DNA of 63,829 nt, the filler included, from Vannella sp. (Eukaryota), in assembly GCA_023345925.1 (NCBI GenBank). It is 6 parts of 6 records of this genome, joined end to end, with 100 filler letters (N's around TTAATTAATTAA, not from the genome) between each part and the next. Parts side by side here need not be neighbours in the genome. Positions count along the whole stretch, not along the records: positions 56,215 to 63,829 come from JAJQQN010000007.1; 5 more parts are not named here. One strand, given 5' to 3'. Position numbers and translations under genes: made by a program. The number at the start of each line of letters is the position of its first letter. Position 1 is the first letter of the stretch. Positions 56,310-63,829 of this stretch are shown here, one piece after another. Below the pieces are notes generated by a model. The model ran no database searches, was not told the origin of the DNA, and was given only the letters and a program-made list of their open reading frames with translations.

Positions 56310-59300
56310 ATGGCCTTCAAGTACAACCAAGTCGCTGTCCCGTTCTGTCAGTGGTCTGGGGAAGCGCCTTCGCACAAGATCACATGTAGTACGTTTGCAG
56401 GAGACCATGGAATCGCAACAGGATCACTCTCGGGGCTGATCTGCTTGTGGAGTTGGGATGCGGCCTCTCTCGAGTTGTCTCCTCGCGTGATCCTCGTTGG
56501 CCACAAGGCTCCAATCTCTTCACTGGTATACGATGAATACTACGGGAATCCTTGCGTCGTTAGTGGTGCGCTTGCCTCCTCTCTAAGGGTGCAGGAGCGA
56601 CTAACCTTCCTTTGCAGTTTCTGAGGATGGAACGCTCTGCATGTGGGATGCACAAGATGGTCTCTGTCTACAAGCACAAGAAGGGCTTCTCGCTAAGTAT
56701 GCACCCACGTCCATGGCGGTGGTAGGAGATCACGCACATGTTGTTGTCTCCGGTCGTTATCACAAGGCTGCCGTGGTAGACGTACCCCGAATGGCGGTAA
56801 GTTACTTGCCTGAACCATCACCTCTGCAGCCTTTCAGAACTGACCCGACCTCCCTCCTCGTAGCTAGAGCCTGTGCAAGCTATCCACACAGATTGGGTCA
56901 GTGGCACGTACCCCTGCACCATGCAGCTATCAGAGAGCGAACATGTGTTCCTCACTGTGTGTGGGAAAGTACTGCGCTACTGGACACTCACAGCAGAGCG
57001 CTCTCTTGAAGCTGTTCAATCCATCCAGTTGGATAGTGTGGACGATCTCCGTAGCGTGTTCATCTGCCCCACGAATACCACCTTTGTTGCTCTCTCAAGG
57101 GACTCTTGGCGCCTCTACTCTGCTACGAACCCGCGCTGCTTCCAGCAAGTCCAATGCCCGTTCGAAGAGTCGGGCGGTTGGCGCGACGGAGCGTACATTG
57201 ACGCTCATCATGTTTTGGCATGGACAGGGTCGGGCCAAGCGTGTCTTTATCGTATCCCTGATATGTCACACCTTCCTCCGATGGACTTTGGGGCAGGTTC
57301 GCAGAGAAACCCTCCCGGGCCTCAGCCAGATCTGAAGGAGACGCGTCTACTGTGCACTTTCTCACTGCCTTCTGGCTCGGATAGTTCAGTTAGTATGCTA
57401 GGAAGCCTGGTGATCGGCTGCTGCAGTCCGTCACGAGAATATCTGTGCCTAGCCGATGAACATGGCAGCCTCAGCCTCTTTAAGATCCCAACTGGCCTAT
57501 TGCAGTATATCCCTACGTCAGAAGAGGGTTTAGTGGCGAATCAGGATGTGCCAGCCTTCGAAATGATCACTTCTGCCAAGTTCTCACAGTATTGGGATTC
57601 AGAGGAGGCGCCTCTGAAGTCTGTGTCACCTGTCACTGCATCGTGCATCCTACCAAAGTCTCTGACTTTGCTGTTGGGGCACGAAGATGGTGGGGTGACT
57701 ATCAGGAAGCTCCCTCGTGATGAAAATCCGCGCCATCTGTCGGGCTGTCACCGCGGAAAGGTGACTGCTTTGATGAATGCCACTTCGAGTGACTACCCAA
57801 ACCTCCTCTTCACAGGAGGAGATGACTGCCGCATTCACATGTGGGATATGGACACCGGGGAATGGCTTCGTTCTTGGGCGTATCATTGCGGGAGCATTCA
57901 GCACTTGGTATCGCTTCCCTCACAAGCAGATGGTCTGCCAGGAGAAGGGTGCTTTATGTCAGTCTCTAGTGATAACTCTGTGGGTCTCTTTTCCTTCGAC
58001 CCTCCCCGCCCAAAGCCTTTACGAATGTTCACAGGACACCAGACACCCGTCACATCACTGAGTATACGTGCAGATCAAGATTATCTCCTTGTTTCTTGTA
58101 AAGATAGCACTGTGACTGTCTGGGAACTCTCAACGGGAGAGTATGAAGGCTGCTACCCTTCCACTTATATTCAAGAGATTACTGACATGCCCATGACTGA
58201 ACTCACCCTCTCCCGCCGCCGTGTGACAGGAGACATGCAAATAGAAACGCAAAGTACTATGACTCTCTTCTCTTGCGACAGAGTTCCCAAACGGCCTTGT
58301 GGAAATGTGCTCCTTCTCAATGTTCGACATCTTCTAGAAGAGTCTTCCAATCGCATTACCTGCCAGATACTTAACGTTGCTGAATTGATGCGTTTGTTTA
58401 GCTTCATTGTCCCTTGGGGTGTGGATGCGGAGCTCGATCGGTTGGCCAAGTCAATTGGAGCCACTCCCCCGTCTGGTAATATTTCCTCTGGCTTATGCGG
58501 AGAGAAGGATTTCTTTTCTCTGTTCTTGCCACAGCGTGGTCAGAACCCCTCTGCCACTGCGCTGATAACCAGTTCTCGTTCATCTGCCCTTCAACTTCTT
58601 GTTGGGTTTGCTCTTGCGCGTATGCTCTTGCAGATATCACCAGAAGAGCACGATAAGAATGCCCTTAGCACTATCGTCACATTCTTCTTCATCCTTTTAC
58701 CAGAAAGCATGCCCCGACTCCAACCGCCATCCCTTGGCTTCCTCACCAACTTTTGGTGTGACAAGCGAGGGGATCTAAAGCAGGCCGCACATTCCATCTT
58801 CTTCGCAACATTTGACCGGCAAACCACCGAAGAGCGCCAAACCTTCATGGGAGAATGGGTTGGCCGAATGGAACAAGGAACTCGTCACGCACTTAAGTCC
58901 AAAGCTATTCCCTGTCTCATCCTTGGAATCATTGGTGCCATGCGCCCTAAAGCAATCGAAGACGCTACTAAGGCCTTCGAATATCTCCCAAAACGCATTG
59001 CAGAGTCTCTAACAGTCGTGGTTCTATCCCACCCACAAATCTCCTATCAGATTCTTGCTGCAGAGATTCTTTCCCAAGGCTTCCCATTGTGGCAAAGCTC
59101 CGTTCCCAATGGATCTGCTCTAATCCAACATCTCCTCATGTTGAAAACGCCGTCGACGATTGGCAAACTCTCCGCTTCTGAGAAAACGCTTTTAACATTG
59201 GCCATTCAAATCCCGTCCACCTTTGTTCGCTTAGTTTCTGAACTCTCAAAAGGAAAGCAATTTGGAGTGGCTGAGTTTCTCACTTCCTTGCGAGTTATGG

Positions 59301-59943
59301 CCAAACTCATCAAAAAGGTTCCTTTCGACTTTCCTGACGAATTCTCTTTGATGGTAGAGTTTGTTATGCGTGCTATCAATCCTAAGGTACCTTTTCCCTG
59401 TTTTATGTCTCCTGTTCGCGCCTGATATCTTCTAGTCACCTTCTCGAGCCTCTTGTGTTAGTGCAGGACATACAATCCTGCTAAGTATGGTGGCAATCTA
59501 TCCCATGGTCAGTTTTGACGCCGACACGCAACGATATGCTGTTGGCTCTTCAGAGAAGAGTGTGGTTGTGTATGACCTCAAAACTTGCACGCGCCTTCAC
59601 ACATTGGTGGGGCATCACACATTCATCACCGCTGTGTGCTTTTCAGACGATGGTAAGACCCTGGCTAGCTTCGCACATGAAGAGAAACTGGTTCGGTTCT
59701 GGTCTTGCGGCAGCACCGGACTTTGGTTTAACTCTCCCCCTCGTTGTCTCCGCGGCCTTGTAGTAACCGACCCTCTGTATTGTACGTATCAACTTGACAA
59801 GCTACTGCGAGTTCCTCACTGACATCAACACAGCCGATATGAACTTGCCTCGCCTTCTTGCCTCCACAACGATGAAATGGAGCGGGCCAAATGCTGTCAA
59901 GATCACTCAAAAGGATCGAACCGCCGTCCTCCAGTTCTCTTAG
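56310..59943 (+). CDS. WDR7: WD40 protein WDR7/rabconnectin-3beta-like, multi-exon
   Basis: APSHKIT...IATGSLSGLICLW..SPRVILVGHKAPI..SEDGTLCMWD..DGLC. Central WD repeats. C-terminal YPMVSF...RYAVGS...VYDLKT...GH..ITAVCFSDDGKTLASF. Confidence 0.85.
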
Positions 59944-59979
59944 AGCACGAGAAGAAAGGAATGGATTGGGATTTAATGC

Positions 59980-61746
59980 TCATTGTCTCACACTTACTTG
60001 GAAAGGACTTCCGGCAATGTGGAAGCCGTTGAATCCAATTGAGATCTCGTAGTTATCTGGCCATGCGGGGGTCCATTGCACCAGATACGTGCCGTTACCT
60101 TGGTCTTCCACAAGAGGGACGGGGTTGTTCCCACCTGCCGCTGACACAGAGAACTGCTCTCCTCCTTGAAGCGCCGTGTTGTCGAACTGATCGGCTGCGC
60201 GAATGACAAATTGGTTGATCATTCCACTTTTCGGAGAGGCAGAACCGTCTGCAATACCTCCTCCGAGAACCCTGCAGTTGGCAGGGTTTGTGGGCCCCGG
60301 GAATACTTGATGGGTGAAAGGGCTGTTTCGGATATGAACGCCATCATTAGTGATGTGCATACGGAAGATACCAGCCACCCTGTTGTTAAAGGCGACCTGA
60401 TAAGTGCCATCATCCATATCCTTCACAATGGCGTGGTTTGTTGCCGAAGAGTCTTTCAATTCAGGAAGTCTCTCATCCACAAAAGCCACTGTGAACTTGT
60501 CTTTCCCATTGACGCGAAGGTTCCCTTCAAAGTCACGGGCCTCAACAAAGAAGCGCGCACCAATCCCTGCGTGAGATTCCAAAACACCTTCACCTTGCGC
60601 TATGCAGTTCACAGGGAAGGCCTTCAGGTAAGTTATGCAGAAAGGCTTGATGTGCGTGAGTGTCTTCATGTTGTTAAGAAGCATGTTAAAAGGGTCCACG
60701 AGCGGATTACCATCCAAAGTGAGTTTGATAGTGGGATTGAGGAAAGCCACTTCGCCTGGCAGGCGAACCAGCTTATTGCGTGCCACAAGAAGTGATCGTA
60801 GCGTTTTAGAGAGCCATCCAATCTCTCGGGGGAGCTCTTTCAGCATGTTATCTTCGAGATTGAGGTCCCGCAATTGAGTCATTTGTCCAAGTCCGCGGTT
60901 GAACTCCTTCAGTTGGTTATGATTAAAGCGCATATCAATCATAGCATGCATCTGGGAGAAATCCAGCTCCTCCACGGAAGTAATGAGGTTGTGGCCCATG
61001 TTGAGCTGCTCCAAATGCACTAATCCTGCTATCTCCTGGGGTAGAGACGCAATCTGGTTGTTCTCCAAGTTCAAGACTCGCAATGCTAGTATCTTGTTGA
61101 TGAACGGAGGCACAACGGTGATCTTATTGTGGCATAAATCCAACACTTCCAAGTAAACGAGCTGTGTGATCATCTCAGGTATCTCTGTGATGAAGTTCTG
61201 ACCCAAACGAAGCTCTTTGAGAAAGGAAATGGCGAACAAGTGGCGATCAAAGGACTCAAGGCGACTTCCAGTCCAGTCCAAAGCGTCCAAAGGCACTTTG
61301 GCAATGGAAGCTGGCAGTGCTTTGATCGAGTTGTTAGCAATAGAGAGTCTCTTTAAGGAAGAGAAGCCCTCGAGAGTGTCTGGTAAGCAAGCCAAGTAGT
61401 TGGAGGAGCAATCAAGCTCTCTAACCCCCAAAGTGAGTCACTCGTCGCCATCCCTTGTTGAACAGACTCACTGTAGGTCCTTAATACGAAGAAAGGAAGC
61501 TGGGAAGGCGTCAATCTCATTGAAGGAGAAGTTAAGAGCAACCAAACGAGAGAGCCGCCCAATATTAGGCGAAAGGCTCGTCAAGTGGTTGTGGGACACA
61601 TTCAAGCGCGTCAATGAGGTCAAAGAGGTGAGCTTATCAGGCATCTTGTCGTAAATCTCGCAATCATCCAAGTTCAACTCCGTCCCGCCGCCCTTCTTGC
61701 AGGTTTGAACGCGTTCCGCCACCCGCTTGCTGATGCCCGCTCCCAT
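59980..61746 (-). CDS. LRR + two filamin (Ig-like) repeat protein, possibly N-myristoylated, 2 exons
   Basis: MGAGIS start and about a dozen LxxLxLxxNxL repeats. Filamin repeats (AQGEGV...DMDDGTYQVAF...HIRNSPF; DQGNGTYLVQWTP...HIAGSPFQV). Confidence 0.88.
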
Positions 61747-61933
61747 CTCAATAGTTTAAAAATACATAATAAATGGTGGAGGCCGAATGGGAGCTCGATA
61801 CAAGCCAAAACACACATTTTCAAACTCCCTTTCGCGGGAACATGTCGGACGAAGATGATGAGCCTGGATTCTTTGATGGTGAGCTACCCCTTTGATGGAG
61901 GAAGGTGGGGGCTGATCTTATATTGCAGATGCG

Positions 61934-62464
61934 ATGTTGACGAAGACTCGAAAGCGGAAGCCCGTAGAGCGCCTTGTCACGGAAAGTCCTGTATTTACCA
62001 TTCCCAGGCGTTTGCGTCGTAAAGACCTCTCTCCATCACCTGTTGGAAGGAGTCTGAAGCGCCTCTTAGAAAACCCCATGGAGAAGGAGCCGAAACGAAC
62101 AAAGCTCTATCATGATGAGACAACCATTGATGAAGAAGAGCTGCTTCTCCCTAACAGAGATCCCCACATCTCTAACACGAAGACTATTGCTCAGGCCTTT
62201 GGAGAACCTGGCTCAAATGGCAAAGAATCGACGGCAGCTGTTCTCCGCCAAATTCTCGGTCGTTTAGAGCTTCTCCGACAACAACACAAACGAACTGAGC
62301 GACAGATCGAGTACATCATCGAAGAGTCTCACTCCCGTGCAGAGTTTTTCCTTCTACGAGAAGAGGCGAACGCAACACAGGCGGAGGTGGAACACAACGC
62401 CTCTATCTCCAACGAGCTGATTACCAACTTGAAGGCTGTTTCCACTCTCCTCCAGCGAGACTAA
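61934..62464 (+). CDS. Hypothetical protein with basic NLS-like N-terminus and C-terminal coiled coil
   Basis: 176-aa ATG ORF filling the gap between genes. KTRKRK and PKRTK motifs; heptad region. Confidence 0.6.
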   Translation: MLTKTRKRKPVERLVTESPVFTIPRRLRRKDLSPSPVGRSLKRLLENPMEKEPKRTKLYHDETTIDEEELLLPNRDPHISNTKTIAQAFGEPGSNGKESTAAVLRQILGRLELLRQQHKRTERQIEYIIEESHSRAEFFLLREEANATQAEVEHNASISNELITNLKAVSTLLQRD

Positions 62465-62637
62465 TTCAGTCCACTTGAATGCAAGTGGGCAACAAGAGCA
62501 AACCATGTACAATACAGCATGCGGAACGCCGCAAAAATCGGATAATAAAGCAACAACACGTTAAGATGGACAATGCTTCCTGGAGAACTTGTTATTACAA
62601 CAATACGAGCCTCCAAGCTCGAAAGATGGCAAGAGCC

Positions 62638-62907
62638 TTAGTGTTTCTCAGCATGACCATGGCCATGGCCTGAGCGAAGGTGCTGCTTGGTGGTGCGGAC
62701 CTGGTATAGAGAGACGCATACTAAACTAAGTGCAACAGTGCAAAGGGCCCAGCTGAATTCGGGGATGTTCTGCTGAGACTCAAAAGGAGCGACGAATTTG
62801 TCGTCCTCCGCCTCGCTGTTTCCTGCAGAGTACATCCTGCGAGGGGTTGAAGCTGCAAGTGAGAACGACGAAGGGCGAGCAAAGAGGCGCGTGGAACGGG
62901 CGAGCAT
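62638..62907 (-). CDS. Small single-TM protein with mitochondrial-type presequence
   Basis: Arg/Ser-rich, acid-free N-terminus MLARSTRLFARPSSFSLAASTPRRMY|S (R-3-like site), one hydrophobic helix and a His-rich tail. Confidence 0.65.
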   Translation of the reverse strand: MLARSTRLFARPSSFSLAASTPRRMYSAGNSEAEDDKFVAPFESQQNIPEFSWALCTVALSLVCVSLYQVRTTKQHLRSGHGHGHAEKH

Positions 62908-63072
62908 GACGAAGAAACAAAATGGATTTGCTCAGAGGAGAAACTGATGGGGCTGTTGGTTTTCTCTCAACTCCAACTTGTTGATTTAACAAAGATGTAT
63001 TACGGAAGAAAACGCCAATTTTACAAGTCTGGTAAACGAGAAAGTTGGTTGTTCGCCAATCAATGTTAGCGT

Positions 63073-63829
63073 TTAGGAGCTCTTTGGCTTCGTAGCGGCG
63101 GGGCGTGTGCGATAGGTGGTGCGATAGAAGTCCATGAAGAGGAAGAGAAGGGCAAAGCCGACGAAGTTGGCGATGACCCAGGCGTACAACTCTCCGCGAC
63201 ATGGGACACCAAAATAGTAGAGCACAACGAAAGGAATGGAAGTAGCCAAGTCGATGACGAATTGGGTGATCTGGAGCGAAGTGAGGTACTTCTTCCACCA
63301 TGGGCGGTAGCCGAGTGCGTAGATAGCAAAGTAGAAATACATAATAACATGGACACCAGTATTGTTGAAGGAGGTGATCCAGCCCATGTAGATACCCGAG
63401 CGTACAGCCATCCAGGAGATAGGGATAACAACGGAGTGGTGGAACACGTGAAGGACAGAGAGGGGTTTCTTGCGGATGACCAGGAAAACAGTGTCGAGCA
63501 ACTCCCAGTACTTGGAAAGATAGAAGGTCACACACCACTGAGCCATACGGAGATCTTGTCCATCGTTGAAGGTGCCGCAGTACATGGCCAAAACGCCCCA
63601 ACCGAGGTAGACCTGAAGAGCCTCATAGAACTGCCCAAGGAACGCAACCAACGAGTAACCGCATAGCAAAAAGTTGTGGATGGCAAGAAGACGAGGAGTC
63701 TCAATCGGCTTTCGGTTCTGCATGAACTTCCAAAGCGCCGCGATCCCTCCGAGATAGAGAATCACAGACACAGGAACAATTGGGAAGAAATCCTGATTGA
63801 AGGGGAAGATGAAGTCCGAGAGACCCAAT
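63073..63829 (-). CDS. Very-long-chain fatty acid elongase (ELO/GNS1/SUR4 family); 5' end at or beyond the window edge
   Basis: FYLSKYWELLDTVFLV, LHVFHH histidine box, NTGVHVIMYFYF, YLTSLQITQF and C-terminal KPKSS ER-retrieval signal. Confidence 0.95.
   Translation of the reverse strand, partial: LGLSDFIFPFNQDFFPIVPVSVILYLGGIAALWKFMQNRKPIETPRLLAIHNFLLCGYSLVAFLGQFYEALQVYLGWGVLAMYCGTFNDGQDLRMAQWCVTFYLSKYWELLDTVFLVIRKKPLSVLHVFHHSVVIPISWMAVRSGIYMGWITSFNNTGVHVIMYFYFAIYALGYRPWWKKYLTSLQITQFVIDLATSIPFVVLYYFGVPCRGELYAWVIANFVGFALLFLFMDFYRTTYRTRPAATKPKSS

Noticed and set aside
1..63829. Alternative genetic code or stop readthrough to explain fragmented ORFs
   Set aside because: Breaks in conserved genes are resolved by canonical short introns, and TAA, TAG and TGA all serve as terminal stops.
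1..63829. tRNA, rRNA or snRNA genes
   Set aside because: None recognised by eye. A covariance-model scan would be needed to exclude divergent ones.

Overview
This is eukaryotic DNA from a compact protist genome, not prokaryotic. Genes are densely packed and have many short (~45-60 nt) GT-AG introns. The gene set (circularly permuted Ras, Shk-type kinase+SH2, LRR-GPS surface receptors) is most consistent with an amoebozoan; this is an inference. The window is six separate contigs joined by five identical artificial 100-nt linkers (N44-TTAATTAATTAA-N44), so adjacency across linkers has no biological meaning. About 30 genes are present. Housekeeping genes include a UBR-type E3, an importin-beta family member, CCT5, V-ATPase E, MRPL34, a 3xRRM protein, ADA2, WDR7 and an elongase. 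The most notable observations are: (1) an eIF4E-family cap-binding protein spliced to a C-terminal membrane anchor; (2) two tandem LRR-Ser stalk-GPS-TM receptors built from symmetric one-LRR-per-exon cassettes, 9 versus 13 modules; (3) an intron-containing NTT/TLC-type ATP/ADP translocase; (4) a Myb domain spliced onto a Tousled-like kinase; (5) a gene-sparse island holding a hAT-type MITE with an 8-bp TSD, an intronless OatA-like acyltransferase, a doubly frameshifted Rho pseudogene and a Crinkler-like NTPase+nuclease gene. Exon models were built by hand and are unconfirmed; no database searches were run.
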